64,000 bases of DNA from assembly GCA_030704615.1 (NCBI GenBank), contig CM060732.1, forward strand, positions 23,312,001 through 23,376,000. The letters are read 5' to 3'. Made by a program: the position numbers and the translations under genes. This document shows, one piece after another, positions 41,231 through 52,310 of this stretch (position 1 is the stretch's first letter; each line of letters begins with the position of its first letter). The notes below the pieces were generated by a model. That model searched no databases. It was not told where the DNA came from and saw only the letters and a program-made list of their open reading frames with translations. The stretch comes from Takakia lepidozioides (lineage: Eukaryota; Plantae; Bryophyta).

Positions 41231-41820
41231 CAAAAATACAAGTATTTATTGTGGTCTTAGATGAACATCCACTGCCAAGTTGACGTTCATTAAAATGAAT
41301 GGGAGGATGCAATGAATCAAACAATGATGAGAACTCCGATATCCAAAATGACATACACAAACAAACATGGAACAATGGCAGAACCAAATATGAAACAATG
41401 ATAGCATGTGACGAAGAGGACAACATGGAAAAACGAGTCTGTCGGAACCTGATTGATGATATGAAACATTCATATTATATCATTCAAGGTGATGGACCAA
41501 CAGAAAAATGAACGTCAACTGTCCATCCGTTCATGGACTTAATGCCATACAAGCCATAGATTTTGAAGCCATAGAATCGTTACGGCTTATACTAACTCAT
41601 TAATAATATTGAGCCTCCTCCCAAACGGTTCGTAGTCAAGGCATGTGTCTGAAGACGCCTCCGGTTACCACAGCCACTTGCAACGGTCTCCGCACCAGAG
41701 GACACGGAGATACTTTCAGGAAGGTGAAACCGGCTGACATTATCATCTGAAATGTTACTGCCAACTTGATGCCCTTGAAGCCTCCCAGCACACCCGCCAT
41801 TCTTCCCAATCACGCAGCTC

Positions 41821-42117
41821 TTGTTTCTCTGTGAATCTTCCTCGACAGAGTTCACGGAGTCGACAACTACAACTACATGTGAAGAAGGGGCGAACTTGCT
41901 GCCCATCCAGGAGTCTGATTGTGCAGACACGCAGTGGCACATAGAACGAACTCCGCAAGGCTCGAAGGTGAAATGTTCCGCTATCAGGGCAACGTCCTTT
42001 GTGAAGTGCACATCTATGATTTGTGAAACCCCAGCAGGGACTCCAGCCCCAACTTTCACAGGGTTATTCAAGCATTATAATGCGCGGGAGGCCAGGCCTC
42101 ACAAGTTTTGGTTTTGA
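41821..42117 (+). pseudogene. Remnant of an unidentified, probably transposon-borne Cys-containing ORF
   Basis: Protein-like stretch IQESDCADTQWHIERTPQGSKVKC..KC..TPAPTFTG, convergent with the FCP1-like ORF. No family recognised with certainty. Confidence 0.3.
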
Positions 42118-42139
42118 CACGCGGTTGAAATAACAAATG

Positions 42140-42958
42140 TTAGGCCCAAAGTGGAAGTTTTGCATATGGATTTGTTGAGGTAAGAGTGCAAATACAAATG
42201 CAAAAGAATTGGAAAATCAAATTCTGAACAATCAACAGAACAGTGGGATCCACGTGCCTACCAAGGTAATCAGGTTCATTTTGTTGTGGGATCCAAACAC
42301 GAGGATCAAGATATCTTCCATACCAGGCCCAGCAGGCATGGTCTCGACCAATAGGCTTATGAGAACACTTTGACCGGCTCTCGCTAATGTAATCAACGAC
42401 TGTTGAAGCTCCAGCCATCTCTGATATATATGGCCACACTACTTTTGTCATATCATCCCGGTCACGCAAGCCGTTTGGTGAAGGCTTGAATGAGAAAGGG
42501 AAGAATCCAGTATTTTGTGGGTTTCGCAGGCCCTTTGATGGCTCATCATCTACAAGAAGTATTTGCCCCTGCGTAGCAAACGGTCTACTAGGGTACTTGG
42601 CAATAACACTTCGAATATCCTTCATGAGATATTTCATCCCGGACCTGATATAACCGGTGGTATCCTTACAATCCTCAGTAGACCATATGAAACAAAACTT
42701 CTTCGTTATTTTCGTGGGGACGAAGCTCTCCAACATCCTACAAAGAACACCTCTATCAGCGCATGACCAAATGACCACGTGAAAATGTTTCAATGCAAGG
42801 TCCAGAAACTCCAAGACTCCAGGCCGAGGCACCACAAATGGTCTATCAGGAACTTGAAGTGTCACATTCCTGAAACGAAATTTCTCCTTAAACAGTTCAC
42901 CACCGATTGGGGGTGGCCGGTAGCAGAGGAGTCCGTTGACACTCAAAATTAACAACAT
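42140..42958 (-). CDS. FCP1/NIF-like HAD phosphatase domain ORF, first catalytic Asp replaced
   Basis: LLILSVNGLL (motif I, D to S), RPGVLEFL, FHVVIWS, KDI, ILLVDDEPSKGLRNP. Intronless across the domain; lies near a CACTA end. Confidence 0.72.
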   Translation of the reverse strand: MLLILSVNGLLCYRPPPIGGELFKEKFRFRNVTLQVPDRPFVVPRPGVLEFLDLALKHFHVVIWSCADRGVLCRMLESFVPTKITKKFCFIWSTEDCKDTTGYIRSGMKYLMKDIRSVIAKYPSRPFATQGQILLVDDEPSKGLRNPQNTGFFPFSFKPSPNGLRDRDDMTKVVWPYISEMAGASTVVDYISESRSKCSHKPIGRDHACWAWYGRYLDPRVWIPQQNEPDYLGRHVDPTVLLIVQNLIFQFFCICICTLTSTNPYAKLPLWA

Positions 42959-43094
42959 CCGTTTCCTCTTCCCCGCTGTTGCATGTAAAGGATGAGAGAC
43001 AAAGTTATCCTGAGCAGGTTAATCACACACTGACATTAGTGTTTCTGCCATGAAAATACCCATGATCCAGAATGATTGAGTGTATGGAAGATCA

Positions 43095-43279
43095 GACAAC
43101 CAGCATGTAACCCAGTGGTAATGGGCACATACCACGTTGGATGTGGTTGTGGGTTCAAACCACGCTCTGGTGTGTCGTGAAGGTGTCCACCTTCCTAGCA
43201 GAAGGCAGTAGCCCTTGGGGGTGAAGTGACTCCATAAGTTACGCTTCCTTCGGGAGACGTCATATTTTTTATTTTATTT
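43095..43279 (+). mobile_element. 185-bp tRNA-derived SINE with T-rich tail and 12-bp TSD
   Basis: TSD tatggaagatca at 43083-43094 and 43280-43291. A box TAACCCAGTGG 43108-43118, B box GGTTCAAACC 43152-43161, T-rich tail ending ttttttattttattt. Confidence 0.85.
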
Positions 43280-43749
43280 TATGGAAGATCAACACGATTG
43301 TGCAAAAAATGGAAAAATCATGTACAATGTTGTGGGGGCTTGGAATGTTTCAAGAGGAGGGTTATATTGCTAAGAAGATGAACGCCGACTCCAAGTGGAG
43401 GTTCAAGAAAGTACCTTGTACGGAAGAAAATTGATGAAGGTATCGTGCTGCATCCCCGTCTATTCAGAAAAGATGGAATTAATTAGTGCAGAACCAAACG
43501 AATATGAAAGAGAAGAAAGTGGAGAAATGATATCGAATAATACCGATGTCGCCTTATTGGAAAGTCTCGCTGGCGGACTTGGGATCCCAACAGACGTGTT
43601 TGGACGAGATCTCGGTATGTCCAAGGTATTCTTTTTCTTCCTCGAGTCTGCTCTGTCTCTGAAGACAGACTTCCCTCCGGTGGAACCGATTTGTAGAAGA
43701 GATGGAAATGGTTTGGGGGCTCTATTCCGCTTCCTCGATGCAGAACATT

Positions 43750-43909
43750 GTACAGACGACTATTTAGATAGTCGTTCATATGACTACAGTCGTATGAACG
43801 ACTGCGGGAGGTCAATTTCATATAAAAACATGGTGCAATCATGGTCAAAGTCATGAAAACCATGACTACCATGGTTTGGCAGTCATAACTACCGCGATCT
43901 GTTGTAGTG
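43750..43909 (-). mobile_element. CACTA (En/Spm) terminus inserted into the Gypsy 3' LTR
   Basis: CACTACAACAG reads from 43909 on the minus strand, exactly where the LTR match stops. Subterminal ATGACTAC/GTCAT repeats. Partner end not found. Confidence 0.75.
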
Positions 43910-44049
43910 TAGCTAGTTTCACACTAGTGGTGAAATAACTTGACAGCTGTCGTACGCATACATATCGCTACACAGCTACATCGCTGTCCAAAACCACACA
44001 ACACATATGCACACCACATACTAGTATACCACTAGTCCAGTACTAGTCC

Positions 44050-44095
44050 AACCACTAGTCCAACCACTAGGCTGCCACTAGGCTGCCACTAGTCA
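44050..44095. repeat. Short CCACTAG-containing tandem repeats in the Gypsy 3' non-coding region
   Basis: ccactagtccaa-ccactaggctg-ccactaggctg-ccactagtc, with further actag units nearby. Confidence 0.7.
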
Positions 44096-44383
44096 GTTGC
44101 TAGGCTGCCCACTATGGCAGTCACTAGTCCACCACAATCGCCTCCCTAGCTGGTGCTTAGGTCCCTCTAAGTCCAGGTAGCCACAAGATGTGATAGTGAC
44201 CGTAGCCTCACTAAGTCCTCCACCACTGTCCCTACTACACTCAAACTCGATAGATCAAGAGGCCGGGTGCAAGAGTTGCCCCAACGTTAGTCGCCGTCTT
44301 GCAACCTGTGAACTTGAACCTGGGATCTCGTGAATTGACTCCTATGAGCTTGGCCTCCTATGTCTTGTTAGCTGCCACTGCCA

Positions 44384-44530
44384 CTATCCCAAGCAGTGTG
44401 GACACAACCAATCTCCATCAGGAACCTTCTCAAGAGGTGGTGTCAAGCATCCCATGTGTCAACCTCTTGAGCATCGATCACACACCAGCATGGTGGCTGC
44501 CCCTTTGGCAGACCCACAGAGCATGCACCT
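44384..44530 (-). other. PHD finger at the integrase C-terminus
   Basis: CMLC..MLVCDRCSRG*HMGCLTPPLEKVPDGDWLCPHCLG* gives C4HC3. The internal TGA (44461-44459) sits at the usual aromatic (W/F/Y) position before the His. Confidence 0.92.
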
Positions 44531-47500
44531 CAAACCTGCAGGTACCACTGCCAAGTTTGGGTCAACTCTGCCATCAACATTGGGAAGGTGACATGGCGCA
44601 CAATTACGCACATGGTCTTTCCAAGTCATGCCATCCCAACCCTCCAAGATCAGGACCCCTGAGGGCAACACATCTCGACCCCTCAGAATAACATGCCCTG
44701 CAATCACATCCAGGGTCGTAGGAGCAGTCTGCTGCAAATAAACATAGTCACTAGGGCTAAACCTCCGAACCCCAGGACGATATCGTCCACCACGTATAGT
44801 GGCATACCTCAACGTATCACGGTGTTGTGCAATGGCAAGGTTCTCAAAAGCCATGGGCATGACTTTCTTGAACAATTCTGCACGCTGATCACATGCACGT
44901 ACCCACACGTCCGGATCGTCAAGGTTAAGGACTTGAGTAGTGTCCCTACAAATGGCTGCAAGCAAATCCGGCTCTCGGCCAAAGAGAAGGAAATATGGTG
45001 AGAAGGAGGCAAGTGATGCTTGTTTGCTGAACCTGTAGCCTATGGCTAACAAAGGCACCTGAAGATCCCAATCTCCTAGGTGTCCCTTCTGCAAGCCATA
45101 CTTGCGCAAACCCCTCTTCACCGTCTGAACAACTCTCTCTGCCAAGCCATCGGCCTCAGGATGATCCCGAGAAGTGGTGCGGTGGTCTATCAAGGTTTTA
45201 TCACACAAAGCCTGAAACTCCCCCAAGAACTCTCTCTCATGGTCCATGAGTACCTCAGCTGGAGCACCGAATCGGCTAAGCACACGATCCAATAATACAT
45301 ACGCAGCCCCCTCACTAGCCTTGTCAGGCAATAGAACCAACTCAATCCACTTGGAGAAGTGCTCCACCATCACCAACACATATCTGTGGTGGCGCATAGT
45401 CAGTGGCAACGGTCTTGCGAAGTCAAGACTCCACCTGTAGCCCAATCCCATGATTGGTAAAGGATGCAACTGTGGTGTAGGGGCGTTGAATGAAGCACGC
45501 ACCCTGTCACACACCATGCACCTAGCCACGAACTGTTGCACCTCTGTATGCATACCACGCCACAAAATACTGCCCCTGCAGTAAACTGTGAGTGCGTCGC
45601 ACTCCAAAATGCCCCAACTCCTCATGGGCATGCCGCACTAACCGTGCACGCTGTGTGGGGTAAGGCATAATCCTCACCCGACCATCCTCCCATACTCAGA
45701 GCAGGTGTATCCCCTCCCACTTGAACCTCTTGGCTCGTTGCAGGATCCGATCCCTCTCCCTGGCAGTCACAGTGGTTGTCGTGTCTCCCGTGCGGAGGTA
45801 GTCCAACACAGCTGAATCCTCATGTATATCTCTGGCACCACCTGGCTCATCACTAGCCTCAGGGTCCTCAGACACTCCGTCTATAGTCATCCCTGTTGTA
45901 GGTCCAACCTGACCTCCCGATGCCAAGATACACAAAAATGCAGATGCGTGCCATCCCGGCACCATCTCCTCGTCCGTCTCACCATGCCACCGAGCTCCAG
46001 TGTCATCCTGTTGGCTCGTGCATGGATTGCGACTCAATCCATCCACATCCCGATTAACCAAACCCGGTCGATGCACAACCTGAAAGTCATACTCCTGGAG
46101 TATGAGTGCCCACCGTGCAAGCTTCCCCGTAAGCTTGTCTGACTCCATCAACCACTTGAGTGGTTGGTGATCCGTGACAAGGGTGAAGAGATTGCCATAT
46201 AGATAGCACCTGAAGTGTGCCACGGCCCACACTGCAGCTAAGCACTCTCCCTCATATGAGCTGTACTTAGCCTCTGCAGCGTTGTTTGAGCGGCTAGCAT
46301 AAGCCACTACGAACTCTCTTCCCTCATCATCCACCTGTGTGAGCACCGCTCCAAGCCCTAGCATGCTCCAATCCGTATGCAGCTGAAAGGGACGCCCCCT
46401 GATAGGTCGTCTCAGGATAGGCGCCGAGGTCAACCTCGCCTTGAGCTCTTGAAAAGCTTGTTCCTGCTCATCTTCCCACTGCCACTCTTGGTCCACCTTG
46501 GTCAGCTTGGTTAGAGCATTTGCAATGGCAGTAAATCCCTTGACAAACCGTCTATAATAGTTTGTCAACCCCATGAAAGCTCAAACTCGGCTCACATCCG
46601 TGGGGCGTGGAATTTGTGCAATGGCCTTTACCTTAGTCTGCTGTACCCCCAATCCTCCAGGATATATCATGTGACTCGGATACTCAATCTGGTTGTGGAA
46701 AAACTTGCACTTCCTCGGATGCAACTTCAATCCGTGCGCTCTCAAGCGCTCAAACATCACCTGTAGGTATCTCTCATGCTCCTCCACCGTACCACTAAAG
46801 ATGATGATGTCATCTATGTAGCACCGAGCAAAGTCCACCCCTGCTTCCTATTCATGACTCTCTGAAACTCTGCAGGAGCGTTCTTAAGCCCAAATGGTAA
46901 GAACCGCCACTGATATAGGCAATCCTTGCCGTGATCATTGTCAATTGATCCCCCAGAATGCCGTCTTCTGTTTGTCCGCCTCCTTGATCGGCAACTGGTG
47001 ATATCCGGATCGTAAATCCAAAGTGCTAAAGACCTTAGCATGCCCGATGGCATCAAAGATCTCATCCGGTGTTGGCATGGCATACTTATCGTACTTGGTC
47101 TGACGATTTACAGGCCAATAATCACCGCACATACGTCTCTCCGTCCAATTGCCATAGACATCCTTCTTGGCTGGCATCACTGTGGCTCAAGCATACTCTC
47201 CACCAGAGAGCTCCACCAAACCAGCCTCCCAAAGATCTTGAGTCCTCATCTGAATCAAAGACCTCTCCATGTCACTATATCTGTAGGGTCTCCGAAAGAT
47301 TGGCGTGTCAGTGGCCAACTCAATACGAATCTCTTGACCCTTCAGTGCTCCCAAGTCCTTCAAATTGAAGGCAAAGCAATTCCTAAAAGCCCTCAGGAAC
47401 CACCATATACGTCGTCTCTCTCCTCCGGTGACAATGGGTCCAATGTCAGGCTCCCAATTGTCCTCCGTAACTGCAACCTTAAGTCCAGTGGGCTTAGAGG

Positions 47501-47819
47501 TAGAGGACGCGTCCAGTGGTTGCTATGTTGCAACCTCTTGAGCAGTACTCCCTGTCTGCTCAGTCAATGACAATGCCTCATCCTGCCCCATCATCTCATC
47601 CTCGAGGACTTCTTCAACCCGAGAAAAATCCCCAACCTCATCCATCGCCGCCGCCTTGGCTGCCAACTCCCTCTGAACCTCGAGCATCTCCCACGTGTGC
47701 CATGGATGCCTGCACCCCGTGGTCGTCTCATGCTCGCCCCCACTCACTGCCTGTACCGTCTCGGTAGGCAGAGAGACCATCGAGGGAAGTGTACTTCGCA
47801 CTCTGCGTTGCTCAGCCAT

Positions 47820-48770
47820 AGCCAAGCTGATAATCCAGGTTAAGCAATTGAGATCCATTGCTTGCCCCAACACCTGACGACGTGATGTCTCAGAAAGAGA
47901 TGGCACCGCCGTGGTACCAGTGGTAAAACCCATTGCCCGCTCACGCTCGTCAGCATCAGGCTCCACTAACTGCTGCAACTGAGCATCCCACAGGAGGCCA
48001 GGTCCACTATCCCGGAAAGCATGCGATCCGGGGAAGCTGAGCAGTGTAGGTAATGCTGCTCGTCGTTGACCCACCTTGTTGACCACTGCCAAAGGCGAAC
48101 GGTCATCATGTCTTACACGCTGAGACTGCCTCCCTGTGTCCAAAATGTTATCCACTGTGAGGTGTGCTGGCTGTTGCACCCCATCAAATGCACGCTTGAG
48201 CAATGCGGGTGGCATCAAGTTAGTCCACCATAGCCGTGGACGATGAGCCCGTGACCCCACTGTAGCTGCATCTACCAACACTGCTGACCCAAGCCACGAC
48301 CGGACTTGATGTACACTGGCCATCACCTTAGCCCGAGAATCGTCCATCAATGGCACATTCTCCAATATGTATGCTGGAGATACAGCTTGATGAAGCTGCA
48401 AGTGGCGCAAAACCCGCACCATCTCCCAAAACAGACCCGACCTCGAGTCTCGCAATCCATTGCCATGCCCGGCTGATGAATGCCCTTGGCAGGGCCAACC
48501 TACCACTACCAGATCAATGGAGCCAACCCACTCCAAATCCTGCGCCCCCAGCAACGAAATGTCTGCTGGCAAGGCTTGTTGATATCCACGAACTACAGAT
48601 ACCGGCAACAACTCAGGGTACTGCTGCACCAACTGAGCAACATAGCAAAGTGAAACGCGTCGTGCAATCTCATCCCTCTCCACATACAGGTAACGCCAAA
48701 CTCGTATACCTGCCTGTAATACAGCAGCCAATCCGATACTGATCCCGCCAAACAAGTCCAGAAAACAAAT
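47820..48770 (-). other. C5-cytosine DNA methyltransferase domain (DNMT3-like) within the Gypsy polyprotein
   Basis: Motif I FLDLFGGISIG, II YVERD, III DISLL, IV GWPCQG (PCQ 48494-48486), V GLFWE, VI ENV, VIII AHRPRLWWTN, IX ERERAMGF, X RRQVLGQAM. All lie in one open frame (ORF 47523-50582). Confidence 0.95.
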
Positions 48771-51469
48771 GCCTTCATCCGGATACTGCCACACAATAGG
48801 TGTGGTATCCAATGGTGACAACTGAGGTGGTCCTGGTGCAATCCCCGCACTCTCCTCCTCTCCTGATGGTACAAAAGCCTCCACCCAGGCTTGTTGCACC
48901 CGTCGATCAGCAATCCGCTGCAAATCCTTGCTCGTGCCCCACAATGGAGTCTGAGCAACCATGGCAGGCAACTCCGCCATACCATACATGTCATCCTGCT
49001 CTCCTGGAGGTGTGTCATCCTCTGAATGAGCGTTGCCCTCTAGCAACTCTCCAGGCCAAGTCACTGCAGCTGTGAATGCTGCTAGTGTCAGTATCTTGCC
49101 CCGCTGGGCAACCGCAACTCCTCCTATGAACGTCACAAGGAGTTGTACACGCCGGCCCTCCCCTGACTGCCATCTGGGCCTATAGGAAGCTGACTCCTCC
49201 CAAAAATCCAGGGTGAAGCCCATAAGGTACAACACTGCCCCACCAACCAGGACATCGTACGAGACCGCGTCTGTCACAATGGCCTTGGCTCGCATCACTG
49301 AGCCATCTGTAGGGTGATCCGGCCGTAGTCTGATAGCCAACTCACGCCGTGTCATGCCCCGAGCCTGCTCCAATCCTCCCAGAGACGTCTGTATCTGGAA
49401 AGGACAAGGCTCCATATCCGTCTCCGTGATGCCCAAGCCTGCAATAGCAGCTCTGCCCAGCATCAATGGCTGAGCTCCCAAGTCCAACAAGACCCGCAGT
49501 GGCCGGTACCTCTTGCCTGCCGGTCCACTCAAACAGAAAATGTCATCTTGGTTGTCTAACATGACAACTCCAGGTGTCACCATGGTGCGCTCAATGGCTG
49601 GCCTAGCTGGCAGCTCCATCAACCTGGCAGCTGCAGCTTGCCATGGCGCCGTCGTGGCAGTCTTGACCCTCAAATCCGAGGATCCCTCTGGCACTACACC
49701 TCCCACTATCTCCGCAGAAGATGAAGTAACCTCCTCACTCTCACAGAGTGTAGCTGCCAGCCTGAACACCTCAGCTGGTCTTACCCCCGGCGTCGCAATC
49801 ATGGTAGCCGAGAACAATGGAGCCTGGCACACAGATGTGGCCGCTCTCAGTAGCACACTAATTGCCGTAGCCTTGGCAACACTAGGTAGTGGTGCTGCCC
49901 GTGTAGCTCTCCCAAATGGCATAGTAACCTCCGCCTCAGTAACAGTCGGGTGAGAACTAGGTGCCATGGATGGCGTCGACACTATCTCCACCAATGTGAA
50001 TGACTGAGGAAGCCTAGCCTGATGGCTTGCCTCCCCACGCAGTGGATCCAACTCCACCTCTGAACCTCGTGGCTCAGGAACTCGTGTTGCTCCTCGGGTC
50101 ATGGCTGCAGCAGACTCCACCTGCACTAGTGGTAGTGCTGCTCCGCACATGAATCCCATGCCTCCCATATCTCCTCCCTCAGGAGCAGGAGGTGGACCAT
50201 CCGGCCTTGGATCCGATACCACCTGAGCTGTAGCCATGGTAGCGAGCCTATATTCTAGCTGCTGAAGCCGGTTGGCCATGCCTTGGTCAACACCCTGACC
50301 TCCGTGTCCTTGGCCATGTTGAGCTTGCTCTTGGCCTGCACTTTGTGCCTGGCCACCTCGTCCTCTCTGGGCTGCTCCACCTCGCCCTCGGCCACCATTG
50401 TTCCCTTGGAACTGGCCTGGGCGCAACTCAGGATGCAAACCATAACATTGGGCCTCTCCATGCCCGTGCTTGCCACAATGCCCACACTGCCCACACTGCA
50501 ACTGTGCAGGCTGTGCATGTGCCGGCCCTTTGCCTCCCTCTGGGCAATCCTTCTTGACATGGGGTCCTCCACATTCCAACACACCACCTCAGCCCGTTGT
50601 TGGCCTGCAAATGAAGAAAGAGACCCCTGCATCTGTGGTCCTCTCTGTCCTTCCCTGAGCTTACCCACTAGTATCGCTAGTGCTCGAACCGGCACTGTCC
50701 CTAGCAACTAGTGGCACCTCCGTGTTGACAAACTGTCACTCAACCGGTCATGAACATGTCCCTAACCCCCTCTCCACAAGGTAACCGGGTAAAGAACCTG
50801 TTGCGGCTTATGGTTTGGAATACTAGGTTCCTAACATAGCCTATACCTACACCTGCATCCACCGCAAGCACTCATATGGTTGGCTGGTCATCACCTCCAA
50901 CCTCACCATAGGAGAAACAATGATGGTCTGACTGGTCATCACCCCAGCCTCACCATCGACAGCATACTCTAGGACTGGCCGGTGATCAAATCCGGACCAA
51001 TCACCTATAAAAACAAGGCCCACACAAAACTAACATGGCGCACAGTCAAGCATGCAGGTATGGAGGGGATCCAAACACAAGAAATCAGAACGACAACTCC
51101 CCCACACCAAAAACAACTCCACGGTGTTGTTCCTGCAAGGACATCCCAGCCCAAACCCGGACTGACTCTTGCTTCCACCTACGGAAAGGTCTTGGCATAA
51201 TAAGAGGATGGAAAACTATGAGGAAGAGAAGCTAAAGCAATGCCTAACCCAGCATGCCCTCACCCCAATACTCTTTTTCTCCTCTCTTCCCTCACTTGCA
51301 TGACCATGGAAATATCATGAAGATACTCCTCAAACCACCCTCCACGAGCTTTAAAATTTGGCCTTCAAGACCGCATGCTAGTCCTTAGGCAGTCCACCAT
51401 TGCCTCCACGAGTCAGCACAGGCTGTCCACAGGTCAACACGGGCCACCACAGACCAGCACACGCCCACA

Positions 51470-52310
51470 TAGATCACTAATCACAGCCGTCACAGCCCCA
51501 CACAGGCCACAACCTGTCACAGCCCATCACAACCCCAAAGGCCACAGACACAGCCTGTCACAGCCCGTCACAGCCCCATCCATGGCCACTCATGGCAGTT
51601 TAGCCATTTCTCCAAGGGTTTAGCCATGCCAAGCTAGGGTTTGTGTCTCTTGGACTCTAGGCTTCTTTGCACCGAGCTATGGCGGCTGTGAAGAAATCAG
51701 CAAGGTATTCTTGCTCTTTTGGCTCCCACACACCACCAATAGTAGCCGTAAGCCATGAGGAAGATGGTTGCCACAAACCAAGCCTTCTTTCTCACTTAGA
51801 CTCCCCAAACACGCCACTAAACTCAATGGCAAACAACCAAGCCTTGCTGGTTTCCATCCCTTGTGAGCACTCATTCAAGCGTTTTCCTTGGCCATAACAT
51901 CTGTCTTAGAGCCTATTTCAGCCCCCTACACTTGTCACTTCAAGAGCCATGCTCTATCTAGGCTTGAGGTTGAAACCCCACCTCACATATGCCCTACAAG
52001 TGCTTTTCTTTCACCCAAGTGGGAACCAACCCTAGCCCTTCCATTCTAGCTCTCTAAAGCTTGAAAACAAGAGCCTCAATGGGCTGAAGGCATGCTCCAC
52101 ACATGCCCCACTCTCAGCATAAGAGAATCAGCCCCTTTGCTTCATTTCTTGCACTCCCAAACCTGAAAGCACAAGCCTTCAACAGGCTGAAAGCATGCTC
52201 CACACATGCATTGCCCTCACATAAGGGAAGTCAGCCCTTTCCTCTTCCTTGCTTGCCCTCCAACTTGAAGATGGAAGCTTCAATGAGCTGAATACATGCT
52301 CCACACATGC
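51470..52310. repeat. Internal repeats in the presumed long 5' LTR/leader
   Basis: CACAGCC tandem units ~51480-51580; three copies of gctgaa..catgctccacacatgc near 52083, 52186 and 52287. Confidence 0.65.

Noticed and set aside
43095-43175. tRNA gene
   Set aside because: Has Pol III boxes but no clean cloverleaf; the tail and TSD indicate a SINE.
47820-48770. Bacterial restriction-modification methylase or contamination
   Set aside because: In frame with retroelement protease and RT, DNMT3-like motifs, plant gene neighbourhood, no endonuclease.
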